Shown: in pieces, positions 50,401 to 61,580 of the stretch
Position numbering within the stretch: the stretch's first letter is position 1
How the letters are laid out: each line of letters starts with the position of its first letter
The notes under the pieces: generated by a model
Told to the model about the DNA's origin: nothing
Seen by the model: only the letters and a program-made list of their open reading frames with translations
Databases searched by the model: none
Assembly (NCBI GenBank): GCA_050575255.1
Contig: JBNZDD010013640.1
Span: 2,282,834 to 2,346,833 of the forward strand
Direction of reading: 5' to 3'
DNA: 64,000 bases
Source: Harriotta raleighana
Taxonomy: Eukaryota
Program-made: the position numbers and the translations under genes

Positions 50401-50965
50401 AAATAAAATGCAAGGCTATATTCAGAATTTCTTGGGTTAGAAGACTGAACAAGTTATATACCAATGATGTATAGGATATGGATAAGGTTTCCGAAGTACT
50501 AGAGTATGCGTATCACTCTACTCTGAAAAAGTAGAACTCCCAGTTTTCTTTGCACATTATCTAACTGCACAGTGTGAGCACATATCTCAAGACTTTCTTA
50601 TGGTCTGCCCTCTTCCCCATCCTTGCATTCCTCTCAATCCAGTGAATCTATGCATCTGAATTCAAGGGCCTGAGGCCTGAAGGGTGAAACAATGTAAATG
50701 AAGCAGTTATTGACCCTCACAGTACCTCACTGGTGCTCAGAAGCACGAATCTGTCAAATATCATACACAGGTTGAGTTAGGCTGGTATTCCATGAGGTGG
50801 CAGTGAAATACTATTTTTCTCAGTCAGAAGCAGCAACAGCAGGAACATAGATGGCAGCCATCATCAGAGGCCAGAAACCTGGGGATGGGGCACGCTCACA
50901 ACTAGTTGATAAATATGGACTGCAATTTTAATCGGCAATCATCACGCTGAATCTGTTGCAAAGCA

Positions 50966-51058
50966 TCAAACGTTTCGCCAAAGTGCCTCGAAGCATTTAT
51001 CAGAGTGCTGACTTTCCCTTGACATTGGCATCTCTCGACATACATAAACCATCTTTAC
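50966..51058 (-). CDS. HDAC9: Putative alternative terminal extension (intron read-through) giving a MITR/HDRP-like isoform: VKMVYVCREMPMSRESQHSDKCFEALWRNV*
   Basis: The frame stays open for 30 codons past the donor at 51058, to TGA at 50968-50966. ATTAAA lies on the minus strand at 50932-50927. This is the intron where mammalian MITR terminates. Confidence 0.4.
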   Translation of the reverse strand, partial: VKMVYVCREMPMSRESQHSDKCFEALWRNV

Positions 51059-51328
51059 CTGCTGAAAAAATGCATTGTTTTCCTCATGATCAGTCGGCTT
51101 GAATTGGATCTCATCATCGCTGTCTGGCGGCTCCTGCTTCATCTGCACAGCCATGTCTGGCTGGCATTCAGCTGCTGCTCTTTCACAGGTACCATTGCTG
51201 TTGCTCCTGTAGCTGCCACAGGGAGGCCCCTCATCCTCCTGGATAGCCTGCTGTTGACAGAGCTCTTCCTCCGTCTCTTCAGGGTGGCTTTCAGGCTGTC
51301 GAAGCTGCTCGTGGGGTTTGGACAGCGT
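51059..51328 (-). CDS. HDAC9: HDAC9 coding exon (approx. exon 12), 270 nt: TLSKPHEQLRQPESHPEETEEELCQQQAIQEDEG...MAVQMKQEPPDSDDEIQFKPTDHEENNAFFQQ
   Basis: Acceptor catttgttatag, donor gtaaag, phase 0-0. Carries the acidic HPEETEEEL motif and the SUMO consensus MKQE. Confidence 0.93.
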
Positions 51329-52109
51329 CTATAACAAATGCACAACCTCATTTAAAACTGCTTACATCTCCTATTACTTCACATCCATTCATTCATCTTT
51401 CCAACGTTGCTGCTGCCATCAGCAGAGACAGGGAGAAAATCAAGTGAAAACGGGGCTTAAAGGTTTTGGGGAAGATTCACATTGCCCTCTCCCACTTTTG
51501 ATTTCACGACCTGGGATTCAGTCAGAGATCAGCACAGCCCAGCCCATGCCTTGGGAAGAGAAACTCACAATGTTTCCTAGTTTAACTGCTGGCAAGAAAG
51601 CTGTTACTTATAAGCATTACAGCTTCAAAGTGCTATGGAAAAAAGGGTCTTTGAGCATTTGGAGCTATCTATATCCTCTCTGAGTAATCATCTAATACTT
51701 TCCAGGCATTATACACAAGCAACAGTTAAATTTAAAGCACATTATTATCTTGCAATGGTTCTCCCTTTGTAAATGGATTGGGTCCCAATTCTGCAGTATC
51801 AATTAATGTCATTTTTAAAGTGGAGTGTTTAATAACCGAGGACACAAACTGAAAGGAACAAAGCCATCGAATGACTGCCAGTCTTTTTTCAAATTCTTCA
51901 TTAAATTCTCTTTGTTGTATTCATTCACTTCAAAACTCCTGCTAATGCTGGATAGTTATCTTGCAATACGTGCACTTAAACACCAAATACTGACTCTCCA
52001 TCCAATTGCCCTTCCCTTTAGCAGAGTTCCTTGTTTCAGTTAGCATTACCCTCAAGTCACTGTAAACTGTTGGAGAGCAACATATCCTAGTTGTGGCACT
52101 CAGGTCTGG

Positions 52110-52371
52110 GATCAGGGCAGAACCAGGATCCTGCCTGTCTTTCCAGATGGATGTTAGAGATCCCATGACATTATTCGAAAAGAGAAGAGAGTTTCTCTTG
52201 ATGTCCTGGCCAATATTCCCGCTCATAAAAACGCTCATTCACTTGCATATCCTGTGAAACTCTTTGAGACTTCTCGATGACATTTGATTAGGCAGACTAT
52301 CAAACGCTAGGATTATTATTATATCCCCCACTGGATGTTACAGTATGTCTAATAGTGAGCATTGCATTCTG
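52110..52371 (+). mobile_element. Deu-domain SINE plus shared 3' flank
   Basis: ggatgttagagatcccatgacattattcgaaaagagaagagagtttctcttgatgtcctggccaatatt... Confidence 0.75.
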
Positions 52372-52612
52372 GCAGAATAAAGTTCCCTGGAGCACTCGCT
52401 ATTGGAGTGCCACAACTCCATGAGGCAATGTGTCAGTGCACTATTAAACCCTGATACTAAATATTAAACAGGAAAGTGGATTGGGTTATTTTTCATGTGG
52501 AGGACAAATTCAAACTGCATTACTAAATGTCTTTGTTAAATAATAACCTTTACTCTTTTAGCACCTAATGTTGGTTTCCCTCATGGCCGTTGTCGAGAAC
52601 TGGGTTAAGTTA

Positions 52613-52917
52613 TAATAATAATAAATAATCCTTGCATTTAATGTAGTGTTGATGAGTATTCTCATTGTCTCAAAGTGCTTCACAGAATATACTGTAAAGT
52701 GAATTGACTGTGTATTTGTGGGCGAAACGGGACAGCCAATTCTGCATAGCAGTGTCCAACAAACAGTTGTGGATTAAAATGATAAAAATTTATTTTGAGG
52801 GATTATTATCAGGCGTTTGGAGTAAGGAAATTTGCCCGAAGTTTAGTCCTACCTGCAATTGAACCCTGTTCTCTCACTTGTAAGGCGAGTGCTCTAACCA
52901 CTGAGCTACAGGACTCC
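52613..52917 (-). mobile_element. Young tRNA-headed SINE, full length
   Basis: Reverse head gcgagtgctctaaccactgagctacaggactcc; tail aataatccttgcattt. Confidence 0.9.
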
Positions 52918-52989
52918 ATGTTGTTGTATTGTATTGTATTCTGTTGTATTGACTCCAAGTAGCATTGATAGTTTTCTTTATTTAATTCT

Positions 52990-53275
52990 GCTTGTTCAAC
53001 TGGATGTTAAAATACCATTGTTCTGTTTCGCACCATCCAAAAAGCGAAGGGACTTTCTCCTGGTGTCCCAGCCAAACATTTGCCAAATATAATTGGTCAT
53101 TCACCTCATGGTAATTTGTGGGACACTGCTGGGTGTAGATTGGTTGCTGTGTTTGCTAACAAAATACACAGTCACTACATTCTACAGCAGAACCCTGTGA
53201 AGCACTTTGAGACATCCTCCTGACCTGAAAGGCGTCTTATCAAATGCAAGAAATATTCTCATTTATTATTCTTTA
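52990..53275 (+). mobile_element. Old Deu-domain SINE, 5'-truncated
   Basis: gaagggactttctcctggtgtcccagcc...tttgtgggacactgctg...tgaaaggcgtcttatcaaatgcaag. Confidence 0.78.
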
Positions 53276-55270
53276 TTGCACCCAAGGAAAATTAACATTT
53301 GTCCACCAGAATAAAATAGATAAAATAAATAAAACACAAATATTACTGAGAAAGACTGTGGTGCTCTTATTTTTGTTGTTGTTATTTGGGTAATTTTCTT
53401 TATATACTTAAATAACCAGACATTGAGGGTTTCCTTATGAACTACTCCAAGTTACAAATGGGGACTCCTCATAACTAAACAAAAATCACAATGACCCACG
53501 GAACTGTGCTCCACGTGATCTATATCTGGAATAATGTTCCCAGGGGGTCGGTGTGACATGTTTCTAGTGACCAAACATGTCAAATATTTGTGACTCAGTC
53601 TTTGTAAAAGAGTTCTGTTGCTTTAAGATCTCAAAATCGGTTAAACATTTCTATTGCTGTGTACCCTTCTGCTAATTGTGATGAAGGGACACACCCAAGC
53701 TTGCTGGTAACTCACTCTTCTCTTGTTAATCTGTTCACTATCATCATTTATAAGCATCGGTGTGAAATTTATACTTGCTGGTTCAACAGCATGTGTTCAG
53801 ATCACATTTTACGTGAACTCTCTTCAGTGTGAGCAGCTCTAAACCCAGGTTCCAGAAATAAAAGGTACTTTCTTTCATATCCACCACTCTTTAGCAATGC
53901 TCAGTGAAGACGTTTTATACTGAAAAATGCTGATCACTTATAACAGTCCTTGCATTTAATATTGTCTACAAATTAACATTGTTCCAAGTGTGGCTTTTTT
54001 ACCCCGAGTTCAACACAATTCATAATATGAAGAATTCAATTAATTAGGGGAGCGGACTTTTAAAGATCTATAACTGGCCTCTGCTATTTTAACGATGGTA
54101 TTTCATCAAATGAAAGCTAATAAGTTCCCATTAAATTCTCAGCGCCTTTCTCTGCATAAGTGGGAAATGCACTGGGTAAAGTTGTACCGATTTCAATTTC
54201 TCTTGCACAGCTGCTTCAATTCAGGAAATTAAAGGGTACATAATTTACAGGGCTCTCGAAGCCACAGCAGGTTCAGCAAGCAAGAGAAAGAATGCGTCAG
54301 CCACTGCTCCACTGCACGATTCCCAGCAGAGAGCACATCAAAGGAAGTAATACAGTACCTGGCTGTCTCAGCAGGAGGGAGGCATAGACTACTCCCTGGC
54401 CCAAGAACACAGTGCCTTTTGGAAATGTCACACAGGGAATTGCTTTTTACATTGGTATCAACAAGTAGTTTAGCATGATTTTTAAAATCCGTTCACTCCT
54501 GTATAAAGTATCAAATGCAACCAAGCTGCGACTCGAAGTGTACATTAAGGCTCAAATCGAGGGCAAAGTTCAATGAGAATGATACCGAGGGCTGACTGTA
54601 AAACAAATAACTGTCTGAAAAGGTGTTTTAAAAATGCAGCTGTTTCATAGGGAATATCAACAATTGTTCCACGTCTCTTGCCATTGCATATATTTCTGAG
54701 CATATTCTAAATAAAAATTGTCACCTGTGATGTGCTCATTCCACTGGTGTTAATTATCATGTTGTTCAAAAATGTAGTGGATTGCAGTTAGTCAATAACT
54801 CGAGGATTCAATGGGTCTGTAGATGCTCACTCTGAATCCATCGCATTAGATTAGCCCAAAGCCACCTAGTAGCTCCCATTGGACGAGCTGACTCACAGAT
54901 ACTGCATTGGATATATCTTTATAATTGAATAAAAAGAGCAAAGCCAGTGTTCCACTAGCCAATGATCCCACGCAATTCAGTCACAAACAGGCTGCAGGCA
55001 CAACCATTGCGACCAAATCAGGAGTGAAGGGAGTGGGAGGAGGGCAGCTGAGGTACTTTCTTAAAGAAAAAGGTTCTTATTTGAAATGAGAGGCAAAATG
55101 CATGTATTTTGAGAAGAGGTCCAGTTGATGTTTTTTCATCTCCCCAAAATGAGCCCAGATATTAACCTTCCCCCATGCGCTGGTAATCTTCTAGCTAATC
55201 TAGTCCTCTCTAGTCACTTTCTAGTTAAACATCCAGTGCGCTCAACCGGGAGCACAAGGAAAGCTCAGAC

Positions 55271-55497
55271 CTTGTTCAGCTGTATTTTCTGCTGATACTG
55301 CTTTTGCTTTTCCAGGAACTGTTGGTGCTGCTGTTGAACGACCAGTTGTGCCAGGGCATGCGTGCATTGAGGGAGAGGTGCAGAGTGGGTTCGATTGAGC
55401 GGCCGATGGCGAGGCAACTTCTTTGAGGCTCTGAGAGATGGAGACACTCTCTCCCCAATGCCTGCCAGTGGAGAATGAGGGTGAAGAGGAACCACAC
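55271..55497 (-). CDS. HDAC9: HDAC9 coding exon (approx. exon 11), 227 nt: (G)[75 protein letters not shown]
   Basis: Acceptor tgtgttgcag, donor gtctga, phase 1-0. Contains the 14-3-3 motif RTHSAP and the Q-rich helix typical of class IIa HDACs. Confidence 0.95.
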
Positions 55498-55554
55498 CTG
55501 CAACACAGTACAACAGTTTGGTTAACAGCTGCTTGGAGAGAATACAGGAGCCAA

Positions 55555-55700
55555 GCATAGCAAAACAATAAGAGGAGGAGGCCATTCAGCCCATCAAGCC
55601 CGTTGCACTACTTTATTAGATCTTTGGCAAAAACAACTCAATCCACATGAGGCAATGATGTTTCCCAAGTACTTACCCATATCTGTTTATAATGGTTCTT
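55555..55700 (-). mobile_element. CR1 3' end fragment about 60 bp from an HDAC9 acceptor
   Basis: ataagaggaggaggccattcagcccatcaagccc. Confidence 0.6.
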
Positions 55701-58117
55701 ATACCATGATGTCTATATTACTNTGATGTTTCCCAAGTACTTACCCATATCTGTTTATAATGGTTCTTATACCTAAATTACTAACAACAACAACAATTTT
55801 GATTTATATATGCTNGACGACGTCTCAGAGCGCTTAATAAGGCACATCTGAACACCTCAATATTGTAGTAAAGCTTTCCATAATTACTTGAACATACCCT
55901 GCAAGGGATAGAAATTCAACAAGCTATATTACTTACTGTACAGTATGTTGTGTTACTGCACAACATAGATCACACGTATGTACCACAGGAAGGTTGGGGT
56001 GAGGACACCAGTGAGGCTGCTGGAGATCTGAATGCCCAAAGAGAGAGAGACACACACCCTCACAGACACGGAGAGACTACAAGCAATCACCCAAACTGTC
56101 ACACAAACACACACAGACCTTCGACTGATTTTGAGGCCTTCGACTGAAGCCTATTTGCCACATGCGCCACACTGCGTATGCAAGTCCAGAGCCTACCCGC
56201 CCTAAGTGACATCAAGTTCACCAGCTGGGTGGCCCACAGGCCAGAAATGACATTTATAGCGGGTTTGTAGCAGATGCAGTTCTCTATAAAAATTCTGTTG
56301 TTTTGCTTTTGTTGCAACAGAATCTGCGGAAAAAGTGCAGCCACAGTTTTCTGTTGTCTCAGGGGTTAACTCAGGCTCAGTTTNCAGCTGGGTGGCCCAC
56401 AGGCCAGAAATGACATTTATAGCGGGTTTGTAGCTGATGCAGTTCTCTATACAAATTCTGTTGTTTTGCTTTTGTTGCAGTGGAATCTGCGGAAAAAGTT
56501 TTCTGTTGTCTCGGGGGTTAACTCAGGCTCAGTTCGATTCCAATTAATTCTAGTGCCATTATTCAGTTTATTCTACACCCAGAGTTACACAGTTGGCAGA
56601 TTAAACTCATATACCAGCTAAATCCTGNGGGGTTAACTCAGGCTCAGTTTGATTCCAATTAATTCTAGTGCCATTATTCAGTTTATTCTACACCCAGAGT
56701 TACACAGTTGGCAGATTAAACTCATATACCAGCTAAATCCTGCAGATTATAGTAAAACGTGTTTTAATACCTATGCAATACAATTAATGAACCTGCATTC
56801 AGAATCCATCATTCTCCAAAGATCAATTGCTAGTTGAAGAGAAATTTTAAAAAAACCTTTGCCTTCTCATCCCTATATATTTCAGCACAAAAACATGATT
56901 AATTTTAGTTTGAACTCATGCTTTTGCTTACGGGCAACCAAATCATGTGGAAGAATCATACTGTACCTACTCCTTTTGTCCAGATCTTTTTTTTCTTAGC
57001 TTTTCCCACGATTTTTGTTCACTTCTAATTTCATTTCCATGTGATGTTTTAGAAAACTTAATCTCACAGAATTAACAAATGAGGTTACCTACACATATTA
57101 TTTATGACTTCGACTCATCCTCACTGAAGACACGTGTTTGAAAATGATAAAGGAAGTGAAAGTACACCTTCTTGTCTATTGAAAAGAAAAGCCTGCATAT
57201 TTCAGCCATGTGCATTGAATATAACAAACCAGCATTGGGATCATCTGTGTTCTAAAGAGCTGGTTTCTATCCAGTCTTCAGTGTCAGATTCATCTGCTTT
57301 GAGAGGAGAAAAATTACCACACAAGGCAAACTAAATCAAGGAAGACTTGGTTTGCTATGTTGGAATAATCATGCACTGTACTGATTGGAGGCAATGTGAA
57401 AACTGACAGATCAGTGGCATGGAGCCTGTGCAAAACTGGGAACAAAAGATTCAAAATCCATATTATTGAGCACCACACACAGCGGGAAAAGCATTTGATA
57501 CCAATCTCGTTAGCAAAGAGGACAGATATCGTCAGATTGTTCTCACTGCTACCGTATTAAACACTTCTGGGCAACTGTTGCATGAAAATAGTCCTTTCCG
57601 CATTACTGATTGACAAAGCACACGTGAATGAGTGTTTCAATTTGATTCTATAAAAGACAAGAAGGTTTGATCCTGGAACCATCGATGCCAAATTGATAAT
57701 TGAAAACCGATGTAAAATCTTTGTTTAAAACTGGTGTGTATATATATGTATGTAGATACAGTTTCTTTCAGGATTTTCTTCTTAATGACTGTAATCACTT
57801 AAGACAGTTGAGTATGGATAAATCCAAATGCCGAGTGCTCTCAGCTCCCTCCACGTGAGCACAGCTTGGAGCTGAGCAGGGCGTTTATTCTGGAAACCAA
57901 ACCTGTGCTGGTTTCAGCAAGTTATGCGATGCAATGATTTCCATAGACTGATGCAGTGCTCCATCGGAATATAGCAGATGAGAGGTGTCAATTCTAGAAG
58001 TTTGTACCATCCTCTGTCCATCACCGGGGAGGGAGCAGCAGCAAGTCAGCTAAGACTCACACTTGACTACAGATTTGGCACTTCCAATCCTGTGTCTGTT
58101 ACTCTCAGTGATTAGAT

Positions 58118-58250
58118 AGGATACGTACCTCAAGGGAGAGAGTACCATTTCATTCCAGATAAAGGGGAATATCCATGTGTAGGTGTAACTCTCAATAATT
58201 TGGATACTCTCACGAGTGGTGACAGGTTTCCCATGTGTCAGACCAACATT
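58118..58250 (+). repeat. Unclassified dispersed repeat (family X), 3' fragment
   Basis: gggagagagtaccatttcattccagata..ttggatactctc..tgtgtcag matches gggagagagtgcgcatttcattccagata..ttggatattctt..tgtgtcag at 42959-43079. Confidence 0.65.
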
Positions 58251-58590
58251 TGGCTCTGTTATTATTCCATGATGTGGGAACAGTCAGCCTTAGGCCATAT
58301 TTTCAACATGATTATTAAACTTATCCATTGGCTAAAAGGTAGGCAATTCACCTACTCAAGCTCCTCCAAGTGATCTTTTACTTAAAAAGAGTTTCTTAAG
58401 TATACCTAGAATTTGAAGACATCATTCTCATTTGTTCAGATTATATATAGAAACCCTGATCAAAAAATAATTTTATTGTGTCATTAAATTACCTGCAGCC
58501 AGGTCTGGGCGTTAGACAGATTGTGGGGTTGTATTTACCAGCGAACAATAACGACAAAATTACATTTGTATAATTTTACTTTCAACTCGC

Positions 58591-58801
58591 CTGTTGTGAG
58601 AGAGCTCTGCTTTCGGGCCTGTTCCATCAAAAGTATGTGCTGAAGAAGAGCATGGTGAGTACTGTTCACCTTTCCATCGAATAGTGCAGGTGACAAATAA
58701 GCAGTTAAGGGAACACTTCCTCTGAACTGCCCAGTGAGGGTTGTCCCCTGATTCACTCCCTGAATTGTCTGCCTGTCACATTCTTGGGTTGATGTTGTGG
58801 T
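58591..58801 (-). CDS. HDAC9: HDAC9 coding exon (approx. exon 10), 211 nt: TTTSTQECDRQTIQGVNQGTTLTGQFRGSVPLTAYLSPALFDGKVNSTHHALLQHILLMEQARKQSSLTT(G)
   Basis: Acceptor tttttcaatgccttttag. HALLQHILLMEQ resembles HDAC9 HQALLQHLLLKEQ. The phase-1 end required by the next exon falls at AG|gcgagt, a non-canonical GC donor. Confidence 0.87.
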
Positions 58802-59597
58802 CTAAAAGGCATTGAAAAACAAATTCAAACAACAGCACAACAGCAGTGCACATGTTAATCTTAATAACTTCCAAGTCACAGATAGGGAAACATGCAGGTA
58901 GCTGGGAGAGCTATCACGACAATCCACGGGAACATTGCAATCTATTTGTAGGTTTGTTGAAAAGCTTGGTGTGGCATTTTATTAATGAATTCTGTTAGGA
59001 AACACCACAAGTTCGAACCCGCTGTGTTCATTAATTTTGTAATTGACAGCTGGTGAATTTTTACAAAGTTTGTCAGAGATTAATTAGCCCTTTTTCATTT
59101 CAACATTTTCTGGGAGTATACAAGCGCTGTAATGCAATAGTGTTTAGCTATTACCCTTTTCATGTCAGGAAGATGTACACATTCCCAGTGGTGGTGGATA
59201 GGCTACCCCAGCTAGCTGGAAGCTGGGGGGGGCGGAGGGTGAGGAAAGATATTGCAAAAAAGTGGTTTCAATTATGCAGCTTGTCTAAAGAGCACAGAGT
59301 CAGTACTCATTAAATAATTTTATTTTCAATAAAATTTGTATCTGGCTGGTATAAAAGGACTCCTTCCAGTTGCGAATCTAGGCCACAACTCCCACGTATT
59401 GACCTCAGTGTAGAGGATCACAGCACAGACTCGTATCCCACCCATGTGGCACCAAACCAACTTTCAGTACAGTATTTGATTGACTAATCACAATGATGCA
59501 AAACCCCAAAGGATTACTAAGGCACCTTAAGATAACCACGGTTTATGTGGCAGGTCAGTGAGATTAAGTCAATCTTTAGAGTTGTAATTTTACATAC

Positions 59598-59735
59598 ATT
59601 CTTTTGGGAGGAAGTAGATGACACAGCTGTAGCTGGGAGACCCAATGTAATGTTGGGCAGCGATGGTGACGTATAGAGACTTAATAAATTCACTGATCCG
59701 TCCCGGGTTAGAATCCTGTGATGTAGTGGCAAGTG
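59598..59735 (-). CDS. HDAC9: HDAC9 coding exon (approx. human exon 9 equivalent), 138 nt: [46 protein letters not shown]
   Basis: Acceptor ttcttctttcaacag, donor gtatgt, phase 0-0. Contains the class IIa [15 protein letters not shown] motif. Confidence 0.93.
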
Positions 59736-59984
59736 CTGTTGAAAGAAGAATTTATGAGAATTATTGCAGAGAGAAACTTTATGAGATTTGGCTGAACATA
59801 TTAGCTCTCGGTATTTAAACATATATGTTCTCCGAAACCTCCAATATCAAAGGAGCAAAAAGAGAAGAGTGAACATTTGCTGATGAAAATTGACGGCCGC
59901 GTGAGATTACTTTCAAGTAATTTGATATATGCAGCCTGTACACTTGTAAAATGTTTTGAGACATTGTGAATAGGTGTTATAAGT

Positions 59985-60170
59985 TGTTTCTTTCTTCCCG
60001 TATCCTAGCCAACGACCCAACAAGAATTGACTAGTTGCTTCATAGCTGTTTGTGGAGCATTGTTGTGCACAGATTGTCTACCCCATTTGCCTATAAAATC
60101 CCCAGTCACAACAGTAAATTCTGTGAAGTACCTTTGATGTGAAAGGCATTATATTAAATACAAATCTATC
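59985..60170 (+). mobile_element. Old Deu-domain SINE 3' fragment
   Basis: gctgtttgtggagcattgttgtgcacagattg...gtgaaaggcattatattaaatacaa. Confidence 0.6.
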
Positions 60171-61580
60171 TGTCCTATTTATCAATTGGTCCTTTTTAAG
60201 GAATATGTTGACTGGTACGTTTTTTTTTTGAACTGTCTGTCATCTGGAAATATTGTCCCCTGGAAATCTACAGAGCACTGCGAAGTCTTAGAAGCGTTCT
60301 TTAGAGAGGTGGGTGGTGGAAAGAGGAAAAACAGTCATTATTACAAGACAGGACTGGGTGTGGCACTTTCCCAGACATTGAACAATCTGTGTGTGGCCCA
60401 CGTGAAAAAGAAAATATATCCTACATGATTGTCGTAAGGTCTTGTAGAATCCAATTAGGCTCTTTCCATGCTGAATGCTTTGGTCTGATGGAAGCCTTGG
60501 ACTTAGCACTGAAGATCAAGTCACAGCCGCAGCACTGAGTTACACGATCTACCACCCAAACTGCAGGGAGAGCTTGAGTGCTTGAGAATTGCTGCTGGAC
60601 TTGTGCCACCTTTCGAATGCCATGGTTGACATTAATACCACCAATCTGCAAGTTTGCTAATGTGCAAACTTCCAGAATATTCCATCCAAAGCTCTGCACA
60701 GTAAGTGAGAATTGATTCCAGACGTATTCCCTTTCTTCTTTTCCTTAAACAAAACAGCTGAAACCTTAGTAGGCACAGGGGCAGGCGAGTTGCCTTGTAA
60801 TCTTTGCCTCTCGTTTGCAGTGTCCTGCCTCTGTTATTCCAGCTCGAGGAGAGGCTGCACAGTTTCCCCTTTATTTTTGTGGCTTCTCAGGGACTCCCAG
60901 CTGTAACCCGAGTCCAACCACAGGAGAGAAACATGGATGTAAAGGAACACCTAGTGTAGCGATGCAGCAACACTCATTGCTTACTTCCCAAACAAAGAGC
61001 ATCTGTGAATCAAATTAAGGAGCCACCTCCGTGAGGGTAAGAGTGTACCAGGTCCTGGCCTGACCAAATTATAATTTGTCACCTCAGCTTTTGGCACCTT
61101 TGGGTTCTGAGATGTCATTTATTCTGGGTAAGAAAATAATAGTAAAACGCAGCCCATGGATAATCACACCGTCGTTTTTTTTTTTTTTCATTGTTGTTGT
61201 TCTACAGGCTCCGGGCAGCGTTTTAAACGTGAGAAACAACGCCTGGTGTTTTTGTTCAAAACAGAGCCTCCCACAGAGGCTTCGGTGGAGTCTGGGTGAC
61301 ATGAACGCAAGGTCAAAGTGACTTTGAACCACGAAGAGGTCACCAGTAACACAGGTTGCATCATATTGATAGTTTGGAGGGAGTGTGGAAACTCGTCACA
61401 CTGAAGCACTGACGCTCCTGACTGACTGACAATTTATTTTTGAGCAGTTTTACTTTTTGATGAAGAATACTAATTCAGTAATTACTTGACCAGCCAAGCC
61501 ACTGGTAAATCATCTCTCAGGAAAGCAGTTATGAGCAACGTGCAACATATTTCACCACATGTGAGATCCAAATGGCTCCT

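Larger units (their letters stand above)
3030..59735 (-). other. HDAC9: HDAC9 gene body (partial; 8 internal coding exons, both ends outside the window)
   Basis: The eight exons splice with consistent phases (0-0, 0-1, 1-0, 0-0, 0-1, 1-0, 0-1, 1-0) into 443 uninterrupted codons. HDAC9-type residues include [49 protein letters not shown] and FFAALPCGGLG. The last four exon sizes (178/134/121/50) match my recollection of human HDAC9 exons 13-16. Confidence 0.9.
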
